This document shows positions 8,666-18,261 of a stretch of DNA of 47,955 bases, piece after piece. The stretch is taken from positions 1-47,955 of the IMG/VR virus record IMGVR_UViG_3300045988_175607, one strand, 5' to 3'. How positions within the stretch are numbered: the stretch's first letter is position 1; each line of letters opens with the position of its first letter. The DNA is from a virus. Position numbers and translations under genes: made by a program. The notes beneath the pieces are model-generated. The model had not been told where the DNA came from. It worked only from the letters and a program-made list of their open reading frames with translations, and searched no databases.

Positions 8666-9847
8666 AAGAGATAGTCTGGCCCTTAACTACTTTTCCTAAG
8701 ACCATGGGGGTTGCGAGTTTTGCTCGCAGCTAACGAGGGAGTCTAAATCTTAAAAGTTTTGGTGAACTTTGGTTAATTCATAAAATTTAATTTTTATATA
8801 TAATAACAAAAGTTTTAAGACATGATAATCTCGTGGGAAAGGAAATATAATGAGCATAGGAATTTATAAATATTAGAATAAACTTAATAATAATATTTAT
8901 ATTGGTTAGAGTAGTAATATTGAAAAGCGATATTCATAGCATCTCTATGATTCTACTTATCGTCCAGAAAAAGGTACTGGGGTAGATATTGCTATTCATA
9001 AATATGGAATTGAAAATTTTACTTTTGAAATTATTGAAGAATGTTCTTTAGATGTTATCAATGAACGAGAAAAATATTGGATAAATTATTACGATTCATA
9101 TAACAATGGCTATAACAGAACTATTGGAGGAGACTCTTTAAAAGGGGAAAATCATCCGCGGGCCATTTTAACTGAACAAGAAGTATGGCTATTGCGTGAA
9201 GCTTATGGACAAGGTTTATAGAGAAATAAAGCTTTTAAACCTTTTTTGGAGCGAGGAATTTCTGAACGATGCCTTATAAAAGTTTGGAATTGTGAAACTT
9301 GGCCTAATGTTCATACTGACGTCTATACTAAAGAAAATAAAATATTGCACAAAAAACAAGTTGGACATAGTGAAGATTAGGTTGGATTATCTTCATATGA
9401 TAGAGCTATTAAACAAGAAGAAATTAATGCTTGGCTAAATGATTATAATCAAGGCATGACAATTAATGCGCTTTCAAAAAAATATAATCGTGATAATGGA
9501 ACAATAGAAAAATATATTGCTAATCCATAGGCAATTACAAAAGTAAAATATAAAGGCAGAACAATAAAAAATATTGAAACAGGGAAAATATTTAAATCTA
9601 TTAGTTCTGCTGCCAAATGGGCACAGTGTGGAGCAACAACATTAACGCGACATTTAGCTGGAGATAAAGTTGCTGGAATAGTGCCTGAATTATTAATTCC
9701 TGCTCATTGGGAAGAAATTTTCTAATCCTGTATCGACTATTCCCTTTGTAGGGAAGTACTGGTGTTATTGGTACACACTGGGAAACGGTAGTTTGCATTT
9801 TAATGCAAAAGAAATAGTCAGTACCATTAGAAATAATGGATTATACG
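8666..9847 (+). ncRNA. group I-type intron (family A) in gyrB with a GIY-YIG homing endonuclease ORF
   Basis: 5' exon ends in U, intron ends in G. 3' core cgactattccc...gggaag...aaagaaatagtcagtaccattagaaataatggattatacg is collinear with the nrdD intron 1 3' core. Splicing gives RNKG-L-GEQDSHELGECLLEP, matching GyrB RYKGLGEM...TMDP. Confidence 0.7.
8850..9725 (+). CDS. GIY-YIG homing endonuclease with C-terminal NUMOD/HTH modules; 6 in-frame TAG codons
   Basis: MSIGIYKY-Q-NKLNNNIYIG-Q-SSNIEKRYS-Q-HLYDS, ...GIENFTFEIIEEC...EREKYWI. The frame is open from 8850 to the TAA at 9723 only if TAG is sense. Confidence 0.75.
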
Positions 9848-10035
9848 TAGGTGAACAAGATTCGCATGAGTTGGGTGAATGTCTGCTTGAACCTGCAACC
9901 CGCAATGTTCAACAGATAACAGTAGAAGACGCTATTGAAACTGAAAAACTTTTTGAAGTTTTTATGGGGCCAAGCACCCAGCCGCGCAAAGAATATATAT
10001 TAAAATATAGTGAGGAAGCAAACGATGTCTATTGA
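9848..10035 (+). CDS. gyrB: gyrB exon 2 (conserved GyrB C-terminus)
   Basis: GEQDSHELGECLLEPATRNVQQITVEDAIETEKLFEVFMGPSTQPRKEYI aligns to GyrB ...EQLWETTMDP...V.DA...LF..LMGD.VEPRR.FI. Confidence 0.7.
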
Positions 10036-12367
10036 TATTACAAAAGAGTTACATCAAAATTTTATAGATTTTGCATATGAAGCAAATAGTCAACGAGCTT
10101 TCCCCGATGCGCGAGATGGCTTAAAACCAGGACAACGGGCGTGTCTTTGGGAATTTTATTCTAAAGGCTATTCTTCGACAAAACCTCACGTAAAAAGTGC
10201 TAAAGTTGCTGGGGGTGTAATAGCTGACTGGTGGCCGCACGGAGACCAGGCTATATACGACACATTTGTAAGAATGAGTCAGTCGTGGATTAATAACATT
10301 CCAGAAGTAGATTTTCATGGATCAAATGGTAATCAAGTCATTGGCCCTGAAGCTGCTTCTTCACGATACACAGAGGCTAGACTTAATGCCGCAATTGAGC
10401 AAGGCATGTTTGAGGGCATTAAAAAGAAGAATGTCCCCATGATACTCAACTTTTCAGAAGATAAAGAATGGCCTGAAGTGCTTCCCGCAGTATTGCCCCG
10501 ACTGTTAATTAATGGCTCTCAAGGTATTGGAGTGGCAGTAGCTAATCATTGGTCATTATTTAATCTTAAAGAAACCGCTGAACTTATTAATAAATATGTT
10601 TCTTCTGGAATATTGGATACTGAAAATTATTATCCTGATTATCCAACAGGTGGAATAATAATTAATAAGAAAGAAATTTCAGCAATTTACTCAACTGGCA
10701 AAGGTAAAGTTATTATTCGCGCAAAAACTGAAATTAAAGATAATAATATTTTTGTTTCAGAACTTCCTTATCAAACCTATGTTGAACCTTTGATTACAAA
10801 AATTAAAGAGCTGGTTGAAAAAGAAGAAATAACTGGTATAGAAGATATTATTAATAAGAGTGATAAAAAACATTTGCTTATAGAAATACAATGTTCTAAA
10901 GCGCCTTTAACGGTTTTGAATAAACTTTTTGCAGCAACTGATTTACAAAAAAGTTTTAGTATTAATCAATGCGCTCTTGTAAGTAAAACACCTAAGCTTT
11001 TGAATCTTAAACAATATCTTGATTTATATATAGAACATAATCTGCTTTGTATAAAACGAGAGAATGAATTTGAAATCGCAAAAGCTAAAGAACGCAAAGA
11101 AATTGTCGAAGGCCTTGTCAAAGCACTTGAAGATATAGATAACATAATTGCACTTATTAAGAAATCTGATAGTAGCACCGATGTACAAAGTAAACTTGAA
11201 CAAAAATATCAGTTCACGCCTAATCAAAGTAAAGCCATTGTTTCTATGCGTCTTGGCACTCTTGCACGACTTGAAGCAATAGAGCTTAATCAAGAACTTA
11301 AAAATTTAATTAGTAATATTGAAAAATATGAAAATATTATTCAAAATACTAATGAACAAAAAACAATTTTTTTAACTCGACTTCAAAAATTAGCTGATAA
11401 ATTTGGCTCTCCAAGAAAAACTAAAGTTGAACAAATAGAAACTCCAGTAGAAGAAAAAGAAATAGCTTATGTTGAACCAGAAAAATGTGTTGTTGTAATG
11501 ACTGAAGCTGGAACTATTAAGCGCATTCCTACATCTTCTTTTAAAGCGCAACGCCGCAATGGTAAAGGCATAAAAACACAAGCTGAAATAACTAGCGCAG
11601 TAATTAGAACTAATACAATTGATTCTCTTATGATTTTTACTAACCAAGGCAGAATGTATCGTTTGTTGGTAAATGATATTCCAGTAGGGACAAATACCTC
11701 AGCAGGACAAGCTATAAAATCTCTTGTAGCAATGGAACCGAATGAAGAGCCTGCAACAATGTATTCAATTTATCGCGATACTGAAGCTAAATATGTTTTC
11801 TTTACAACTAAAAATGGTACAGTAAAGAAAACTGAATTGGATGAGTATATAAAAACAAAGAAGAAAAGTGGTATTGGTGCAATTAGTTTGCGCGAAGGCG
11901 ATGAATTAGTATCTGTAACCTTGATTAAGGATGAACCAATTAGTCTTATTACTGCTAATGGATATATGCTTAATTTTAAATCTAAAGAAGTTGCTCCCAC
12001 ATCTCGAATGACCATTGGCGTTAAAGGTATTAATTTGTCGGCAGGAGATTATGTCATTGCAGGAATGGCGATTCGCGATATAAATGATAATATTGCGGTA
12101 TTTGCTGAACATGGAGTTGGCAAACGTATGCCTAAAGAGGTCATAATTCTTGGTACACGTGGAACTAAAGGGTTAATTTGTTATAAACCCACCGTCTCTT
12201 CAGGAAGATTGGTTGCCGCAGCACTTATTTCTGATGAAGATAATGTATTAATTATAGGAGATAAAACTTCAATATGTATTGCAGGAAATGAGATTCCTAT
12301 TGTAAGTAAAACTTCTATCGGCAATATATTAATCAAAGGAAAAATAATATCAGTTACAAAAGTATAA
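10025..12367 (+). CDS. gyrA: type II topoisomerase subunit A (GyrA / T4 gp52-like)
   Basis: 780-aa ORF with GyrA N-terminal motifs (RDGLKPGQR, AAMRYTEARL-like); RBS gaggaag upstream of the ATG at 10025. Confidence 0.85.
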   Translation: MSIDITKELHQNFIDFAYEANSQRAFPDARDGLKPGQRACLWEFYSKGYSSTKPHVKSAKVAGGVIADWWPHGDQAIYDTFVRMSQSWINNIPEVDFHGSNGNQVIGPEAASSRYTEARLNAAIEQGMFEGIKKKNVPMILNFSEDKEWPEVLPAVLPRLLINGSQGIGVAVANHWSLFNLKETAELINKYVSSGILDTENYYPDYPTGGIIINKKEISAIYSTGKGKVIIRAKTEIKDNNIFVSELPYQTYVEPLITKIKELVEKEEITGIEDIINKSDKKHLLIEIQCSKAPLTVLNKLFAATDLQKSFSINQCALVSKTPKLLNLKQYLDLYIEHNLLCIKRENEFEIAKAKERKEIVEGLVKALEDIDNIIALIKKSDSSTDVQSKLEQKYQFTPNQSKAIVSMRLGTLARLEAIELNQELKNLISNIEKYENIIQNTNEQKTIFLTRLQKLADKFGSPRKTKVEQIETPVEEKEIAYVEPEKCVVVMTEAGTIKRIPTSSFKAQRRNGKGIKTQAEITSAVIRTNTIDSLMIFTNQGRMYRLLVNDIPVGTNTSAGQAIKSLVAMEPNEEPATMYSIYRDTEAKYVFFTTKNGTVKKTELDEYIKTKKKSGIGAISLREGDELVSVTLIKDEPISLITANGYMLNFKSKEVAPTSRMTIGVKGINLSAGDYVIAGMAIRDINDNIAVFAEHGVGKRMPKEVIILGTRGTKGLICYKPTVSSGRLVAAALISDEDNVLIIGDKTSICIAGNEIPIVSKTSIGNILIKGKIISVTKV

Positions 12368-12439
12368 AATATTGCTTTTGTGTGAAAAATATTATATAAT
12401 ATTATTGTAATAAAAAAGAGGGGGCTGAAAATATAAAAA

Positions 12440-14359
12440 ATGCAAGATTTAATTAATCGATTAAATGAAGCTACTAAAGCTTATGATAAAGGCCATCCTA
12501 TTATGTCTGATGTAGAATGGGATGAACTATATTTTCAACTTCAAAAAATGGAAAATGAGTCAGGTATAATTTTACCTGACTCACCTACTCATTCTATATA
12601 TTATCAAAATATAACTCCTCTTAAAAAAGTAACTCATAATCATCCTATGCTTTCTTTGGAAAAAACTAAAAGCACGGATGAAATAATAAAATTTTGTGGT
12701 AAAAAAGATATGTTAATAATGAATAAGTTAGATGGGTTAACTTGTTCATTAAGGTATCTTAATGGTAGGCTTGTTTCCGCAGAAACAAGAGGCAATGGAT
12801 TGGTTGGAGAAGATATTCTTCATAATGCTTTAGTTATCTCGTCAATTCCAAAATCTATAAATTATACAGAAGAGCTTATCGTTGATGGAGAAATCATTAT
12901 TAAGTATGATGATTTTGTGAATTTTCAAGACGACTATAAAAATCCACGAAATTTTGCCGCAGGTAGTATTAGGTTACTTGATAGTCAAGAATGCGCAAAA
13001 CGCAAATTGACTTTTATCGTTTGGGAAGTTATAAAAGGTTTCGAAGATATTAATAGCTTATCTAAAAGATTAGTAGCTGTTAAAAATTTAGGTTTTACAA
13101 TTGTTCCTAATGTATTAATGGCTGGCGAACTTAATATGTATGATGAGTGTTCTGCTTTATTACAGAAAATGGCAAAAGCCAAATCATATCCAACAGATGG
13201 ATTAGTATTCAAGTTTGATGATATATCTTATGGGCGATCTTTAGGCTTTACGGCGCATCATAATAATAATGCAATGGCATTTAAATTTTATGATGATGTT
13301 TATCCTACTACTTTAATCGATATAGACTGGACAATGGGGCGATCGGGCCAACTTACACCGGTTGCAGTATTTGAACCTGTGGAAATTGAAGGAACTGAGG
13401 TTACACGCGCAAGTCTTCATAATCTTAGCGTAATGATTGATACTTTAGGTGGAGCATGGAGAGGTAGGCCTATACAAGTTTATAAGGCAAATCTAATTAT
13501 ACCCCAAATTATAAAAGACAATTTAAATATTAAGAAGCCTGCCGAAATTCCTTTTATTGAATTACCAACTATTTGCCCCATTTGCGGCGAGTTACTTAAA
13601 AATACTGGCGATAATTTGATTTGTGAAAATCCTAATTGTGAGGGCCAGTTAATTAATAGACTTGATCATTTTTGTGGCAAAAAAGGCTTAGATATAAAAG
13701 GTCTATCAAAGGCAACTCTGGATAAATTGCTTAATTGGAATTGGGTTAATTCATTTGTAGATATTTTTAATTTAAAGGAACATCGGAATGAATGGATAAA
13801 AAAGCCTGGATTTGGTGAAAAATCCGTTGATAATATACTTGCCGCAATAGATCAAGCAAAAACTACTTCTTTGGAAAAGTTTATTGCTGCTATTGGAATA
13901 CCTCTTATTGGACACACTGTATCAAAAGAATTAGTTAAGTATATAGAGTCATATTCTGATTTTAGAAATAAAGTACAGAGTCATTTTGATTTTTCTGTAA
14001 TTAATGGATTTGCAGAAAATAAAACTGCTAATTTATTAAATTTCGATTACGAAGAAGCTGATAAAGTTGCTGCTTTATTGATTTTTAGTAATCAAGAAGT
14101 TCAAAAAGAAAATAATGATTTATTAAAAGATATGGTAATAGTTATTACTGGTTCTTTAGAGACTTTTAAAAACCGCAATGAGCTTCAACAAATTATTGAA
14201 GAACATGGTGGTAAAGTAACTGGAAGTATCAGTAAAAAAACTTCCATATTAATTAATAATGATATAAATTCTACATCAAGTAAAAATAATACTGCAAAGA
14301 AACTTGGAGTTCCTATTTTAACGGAAAAAGAATTTATTGAAAAATATTTGAATTTTTGA
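12440..14359 (+). CDS. ligA: NAD+-dependent DNA ligase
   Basis: KxDG adenylation motif (MNKLDGLT), Zn-finger Cys cluster (CPICGELL...CENPNCEGQ), HhH and C-terminal BRCT-like region; 639 aa. Confidence 0.85.
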   Translation: MQDLINRLNEATKAYDKGHPIMSDVEWDELYFQLQKMENESGIILPDSPTHSIYYQNITPLKKVTHNHPMLSLEKTKSTDEIIKFCGKKDMLIMNKLDGLTCSLRYLNGRLVSAETRGNGLVGEDILHNALVISSIPKSINYTEELIVDGEIIIKYDDFVNFQDDYKNPRNFAAGSIRLLDSQECAKRKLTFIVWEVIKGFEDINSLSKRLVAVKNLGFTIVPNVLMAGELNMYDECSALLQKMAKAKSYPTDGLVFKFDDISYGRSLGFTAHHNNNAMAFKFYDDVYPTTLIDIDWTMGRSGQLTPVAVFEPVEIEGTEVTRASLHNLSVMIDTLGGAWRGRPIQVYKANLIIPQIIKDNLNIKKPAEIPFIELPTICPICGELLKNTGDNLICENPNCEGQLINRLDHFCGKKGLDIKGLSKATLDKLLNWNWVNSFVDIFNLKEHRNEWIKKPGFGEKSVDNILAAIDQAKTTSLEKFIAAIGIPLIGHTVSKELVKYIESYSDFRNKVQSHFDFSVINGFAENKTANLLNFDYEEADKVAALLIFSNQEVQKENNDLLKDMVIVITGSLETFKNRNELQQIIEEHGGKVTGSISKKTSILINNDINSTSSKNNTAKKLGVPILTEKEFIEKYLNF

Positions 14360-14408
14360 AAAAAATAAGATATAATTATACTTGTAAAAATTAAGGAAAA
14401 AGAATTTA

Positions 14409-14603
14409 ATGAAGCGAAAAGAACTCAAGAATTTTGCTAAACAAATTGTTGAAGCGGAAAAAATTATTGAGGCTAATGAAGATAAATAGAAAGTTTATCA
14501 AGCATAGCAAAAAGTAATGGATATTACTAATCGCCTTGACTCTTTAGACGATATATTACTTCTTGATGAATTGGTTCAAGAAATAATGAATAAAAATTCT
14601 TGA
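14409..14603 (+). CDS. possible small protein (64 aa) readable only with 2 TAG as sense
   Basis: ATG 14409 ... TGA 14601 with TAG at two positions; low-complexity coiled-coil-like. Confidence 0.25.
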
Positions 14604-14628
14604 CAAATCAAAATTTTTTTGATATAAT
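14600..14628 (+). promoter_or_regulatory. strong sigma70-like promoter TTGACA-17-TATAAT
   Basis: ttgaca 14600-14605, tataat 14623-14628. Confidence 0.6.
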
Positions 14629-14701
14629 TATTACACAAGCTAAAAAGTGCTTAACAAAAAATAAAAAATAAAACTTATATATTTAGGAGATTTTAATTAT
14701 T

Positions 14702-14971
14702 ATGGCAATGAAAGAGAACAGCATCAAGGTTCTTAATTATCTTAAGAGTATAAATGGTCAGAATGTAACTTCTGCTGATGTAGCTGAGGCTCTCGGCTTT
14801 GAGAAGCGTTCTGTTGATGGTATTTTTACCAGCGCTATACAGCGCAAGGGTCTGGGCGTTCGCACTCCTGCTGAAGTTGAGCTTGAAGACGGCACACATA
14901 AGAGTGTGAAGTTTCTTAGTCTGACTGCAGCGGGCATGGCTTTTGATCCCACTGCGGAAGATGCTGAGTAA
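14702..14971 (+). CDS. small DNA-binding-like protein; locally GC-richer codon usage suggests high expression
   Basis: 89-aa ORF; RBS aggag; strong promoter upstream and terminator downstream. Confidence 0.6.
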   Translation: MAMKENSIKVLNYLKSINGQNVTSADVAEALGFEKRSVDGIFTSAIQRKGLGVRTPAEVELEDGTHKSVKFLSLTAAGMAFDPTAEDAE

Positions 14972-14985
14972 TTAGTAATATAAAT

Positions 14986-15016
14986 AAAAAGGGGTAATTT
15001 TTACCCCTTTTTCTTT
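14986..15016 (+). terminator. rho-independent terminator
   Basis: ggggtaa-ttt-ttacccc followed by a T run. Confidence 0.8.
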
Positions 15017-15019
15017 TAT

Positions 15020-15988
15020 ATGCCTTTTTTATTTTGTATATTAGGACTATTTCTTGGCGGTTTAATTATTTACCTTATACTGTCACCAAAAGTTCAAAAG
15101 ACTTAGCAGTATAATTCAGATATTGAAAAACTAAATAATAGCTTATCAACTAAGAAATAGGATTTAGAAAATAATATAAAAGAGCTTCAGATTGGCGTAT
15201 CTTCACTCCAAACAAAGAAAAAAGAAATTGAATCAAGCATTTCTTCTTTGGAGCAACAAGCTACTCAATCTGGAGAAGTATTTTTAAAACAACAATTACA
15301 ACTTGCGAAAGAAAAATTAGATAATACTACTCGAATTTTAGAAAAAGCTTATCAAGATGCTGAAGAAGAGTACAAAGAAGAATATTTAGAAACTTTAAAG
15401 AATTATTCTAAAGAATTTTTAAATCTTGAAGAAAGCAATCAAAAAAAGCTTTTAGAGTTACAGACTCAAGTTGCAGAATATCAGGCTAAGGCGACTGCAG
15501 CTGCTGAGGCCGCAAAGCGCGAAGAAGAGAAACGATTAAATATAGATTTTTATCGTTGTATGCTTACTCCAGTAGACATAGAAGAAATTGCGGCAATACG
15601 TTCAGTAGCGCATTTATTGCGCGACCCCGAACCTATTAATAAAGTGATTTGGAAAGTTTATTATGAAAAACCTTATACTGATTTAATAGGGCGAGTAATT
15701 GGCTCAGGTGTTCATTGCGGCATTTATAAAATTACTAATATTGAAAATCAGAAGTGTTATATCGGCCAAGCGGCTAACCTAGCCGATCGATGGCGTTAGC
15801 ACATTAAACGCGGCATAGGGGCTGAGCCCGCCACGCGCAATAAGCTGTACCCCGCAATGCAAGAAATTGGAGTAGAAAATTTTACTTTTGAAGTAATAGA
15901 AGAGTGTGATCGTTCGCTTTTGGACGAACGAGAAGATTATTGGCAAGATTTTTATAAAGCAAAAGAATTTGGATATAGTATAAAATAA
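15020..15988 (+). CDS. membrane-anchored coiled-coil protein with C-terminal T5orf172/GIY-YIG-like nuclease domain (DUF4041-T5orf172 architecture); 3 TAG sense codons
   Basis: N-terminal TM segment LFCILGLFLGGLIIYLIL, long coiled coil, then GIYKITNIENQKCYIGQAANLADRWR-Q-HIKRG...ENFTFEVIEEC...EDYWQ. In-frame TAGs at 15104, 15158 and 15797. Confidence 0.6.
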
Positions 15989-15989
15989 T

Positions 15990-16811
15990 ATGAAATTTGA
16001 AAATATACATGTATATAATTTCCGAGACGCTTTACGCGGAATGAGAAACCCTAAGAATTCATGGGATAGAAGTGACAGCGAATGGGGTATATGTTATGAT
16101 AGCGGACGTGATTGCATTTTAGATAAAATGATTAAATTATATCACGCTCCCGAACTTCTTTTAGCTAATCAAGAAGTTATTAATCAATGGCGAAAAGATT
16201 ATGCCCATGATGTTTTTATTGATAAGAATGAAATAAACGGAGCATATCTTTATCAAATCATTGGTCCTAATGATATGAAATTAGCACAAACTCTTATACA
16301 AGCTGGTCCTGAACATCGTAAATTTTTGAGGCAAATAATGGTATCGGTTGACATTACAGCGCCATTATACTGGCTAAAAGAATTTGATACTTATCGTGTA
16401 GGCGTTACTGCAAATTCAACTTCAACAATGCACAAGCTTACAAGTAAGCCTATTACTTTAGATTGTTTTGAGATTGATGATTATAATTCCGAAGTAATGA
16501 ATGAAATTGAAACTGGTTTGAATGAGTCTGCAACAAAGACTATTATTGATATTTGTGAATCATTGCGCCAAAAATATCTTGAGACAAAAGATAAGAGGTA
16601 TTGGAAAGAGCTTGTACGTTGGTTGCCAGAGGGTTGGTTGCAAACGCGCACTGTCACTATGTCTTATGAAAATTTGATAAATATTTATCATCAAAGAAAA
16701 AATCATAAACTTAATGAATGGTCTGGCGCCGACGATCCTAATAATGATAATTTTATACAGTTTATACGTCAATTGCCTTATGCTTCTGACTTAATTCTTT
16801 TGGAGAGTTGA
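15990..16811 (+). CDS. ThyX-like (flavin-dependent thymidylate synthase fold) protein with non-canonical active-site motif
   Basis: Aligns to the ThyX core (TAPLYWLKEFDTYRVGVTANSTSTMHKL vs [28 protein letters not shown]), but RHR and S..S.RY are replaced. Confidence 0.5.
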   Translation: MKFENIHVYNFRDALRGMRNPKNSWDRSDSEWGICYDSGRDCILDKMIKLYHAPELLLANQEVINQWRKDYAHDVFIDKNEINGAYLYQIIGPNDMKLAQTLIQAGPEHRKFLRQIMVSVDITAPLYWLKEFDTYRVGVTANSTSTMHKLTSKPITLDCFEIDDYNSEVMNEIETGLNESATKTIIDICESLRQKYLETKDKRYWKELVRWLPEGWLQTRTVTMSYENLINIYHQRKNHKLNEWSGADDPNNDNFIQFIRQLPYASDLILLES

Positions 16812-16836
16812 TTTTTTTATTAAAATAAAGTATAAT
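16808..16836 (+). promoter_or_regulatory. promoter TTGATT-17-TATAAT followed by ATATATAT
   Basis: ttgatt 16808-16813, tataat 16831-16836. Confidence 0.5.
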
Positions 16837-16868
16837 ATATATATCAAATGTGAAAAGGAAAAATAAAA

Positions 16869-17231
16869 ATGTCTAAAAAGAGTGAATTTCTAAAATTTTT
16901 AAATGAACTATTGGTAACTGCTCCAGAAGAAACAATAAATAAAATGAGTGATGATGTAAAAAATTATATTGAGTTTTTGACTAAAGAAAACGATATTGAA
17001 AAACCTCTTTTCACAGAAAATGGAAAAAAGATTCTTGTTTATATGCGAGAAAATCAAAACGTACCTCTTATGAAGGCGCGCGATATTGCGGAAGGTATGG
17101 AAATTTCTTCTAAAACAGTGTCGGGCGCAATTCGTAAGTTGGTTAGCGATGGATATGTAGAAAAGGTAGGCCAAGACCCTACAGTTTATACTTTGACAGA
17201 AAATGGAAAGAATATTGAAATAGGAGAATAA
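16869..17231 (+). CDS. winged-helix transcription regulator-like protein
   Basis: 120 aa; C-terminal wHTH-like ARDIAEGMEISSKTVSGAIRKLVSDGYVEK. Confidence 0.55.
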   Translation: MSKKSEFLKFLNELLVTAPEETINKMSDDVKNYIEFLTKENDIEKPLFTENGKKILVYMRENQNVPLMKARDIAEGMEISSKTVSGAIRKLVSDGYVEKVGQDPTVYTLTENGKNIEIGE

Positions 17232-17241
17232 AAACTAAATT

Positions 17242-18168
17242 ATGGCTAAGAAAATGACTAATGTATCACATATTGAGGGCTACCTTTATCAGCATGATCT
17301 TGCACTCAAGACTGTCGCTAATAAGGAATCAAAGAATTATGGTACAGAATTTATTTCTGGTACAATAGATATAGCTACAAATGATGCAATGACTAATATA
17401 GTCCAGATTCATTTTACCTTTGTAACTCCTACTACTTCTACTGGTAAGTCTAATGCCACTTATAATATGTTGAAAAATATTTTGGATGGTAAGATTGGTA
17501 CTTATATGCAGGATGGTAAAGATGGCGCTGGTAAGCTGAGTGTGGATTCTGCTATTGCGCTTAATGAGTTCTATACTGATAGAAATGGTAAAGAAGAGCT
17601 TGTTAGCGTAAAGCGCAATGAAGGCGGTTTTGTTCATAATGCTGATTTTCTGAATGATAATGAGGAAAAGCGTGCAACTTTCAGAGAGGATATGGTAATT
17701 ACTAATGTTACTCATGTTGATCCTGACGAAGAGCGCCAGATTCCTGAGCATTGTCTTGTAAAGGGTTACATATTTAACTTTAGGAACTCTATTATGCCCG
17801 TTGAGTTTACTTGTAAGCATCCGGAGGGTATAAAGTATTTTGAGGGACTTGATCTTCCTATGTTTACTCTGGTGGAAGGCAAGCAAGTATCTGAGGTTAT
17901 AGTGCGCACCATAGTTGAGCAGAGTGCCTTTGGTGAAGATAGTGTGCGTGAGGTTAGGTCTTCTCGTAAGGGTTTTGAAATAACTCGTGCAAATCCTCAG
18001 CCTTATGATTGGGATAGTGAGGAAACTGTTACTGTTGCTGAAATTAAGGAGTTTTTGGCTCAGCGTGAAACTGACCTTGCAACCATGAAGCGTCGTAGTG
18101 ATGAATGGAAGGCTCAGCAGAATGCCAATAAAGCTCCTGTAACTAATAATGGTGGATTTAATTTCTAA
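17242..18168 (+). CDS. abundant early protein, possibly a phage ssDNA-binding or annealing partner of the Sak4-like ATPase
   Basis: 308 aa; GC-richer codons; position immediately upstream of the Sak4-like gene. Confidence 0.35.
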   Translation: MAKKMTNVSHIEGYLYQHDLALKTVANKESKNYGTEFISGTIDIATNDAMTNIVQIHFTFVTPTTSTGKSNATYNMLKNILDGKIGTYMQDGKDGAGKLSVDSAIALNEFYTDRNGKEELVSVKRNEGGFVHNADFLNDNEEKRATFREDMVITNVTHVDPDEERQIPEHCLVKGYIFNFRNSIMPVEFTCKHPEGIKYFEGLDLPMFTLVEGKQVSEVIVRTIVEQSAFGEDSVREVRSSRKGFEITRANPQPYDWDSEETVTVAEIKEFLAQRETDLATMKRRSDEWKAQQNANKAPVTNNGGFNF

Positions 18169-18186
18169 TAAGGAGATAAAATAATT

Positions 18187-18261
18187 ATGGGACTGAAAGA
18201 TATTAAGCCGCATCAGGTTAGTCGAAACTTGAAGGGATATTCTGTATTCTTTTATGGAGAG
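18187..18261 (+). CDS. Sak4-like RecA-fold ATPase, exon 1
   Basis: RBS aggag; MGLKDIKPHQVSRNLKGYSVFFYGE supplies the first half of Walker A (G-E + PKSGKTT). Confidence 0.6.

Noticed and set aside
9793-9847. TTG start and first 18 codons of ORF 9793-10035; also TTG starts at 19952 and 40522
   Set aside because: These lie inside the intron 3' ends; the in-frame openness is a by-product of the intron terminal sequence (the ...UUG just before the exon), and the conserved protein resumes only at the splice sites.
10121-12112. Short minus-strand ORFs inside gyrA (10121-10318, 10966-11293, 11390-11647, 11770-12112), and similar antisense ORFs inside gyrB, ligA, dnaB, the 17242-18168 gene, dnaE and nrdD
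   Set aside because: Low-complexity AT-rich antisense frames with no RBS or homology, fully overlapped by strongly supported genes.
14693-14952. Minus-strand ORFs overlapping the 14702-14971 gene
   Set aside because: Antisense to a gene with promoter, RBS and terminator; no support.
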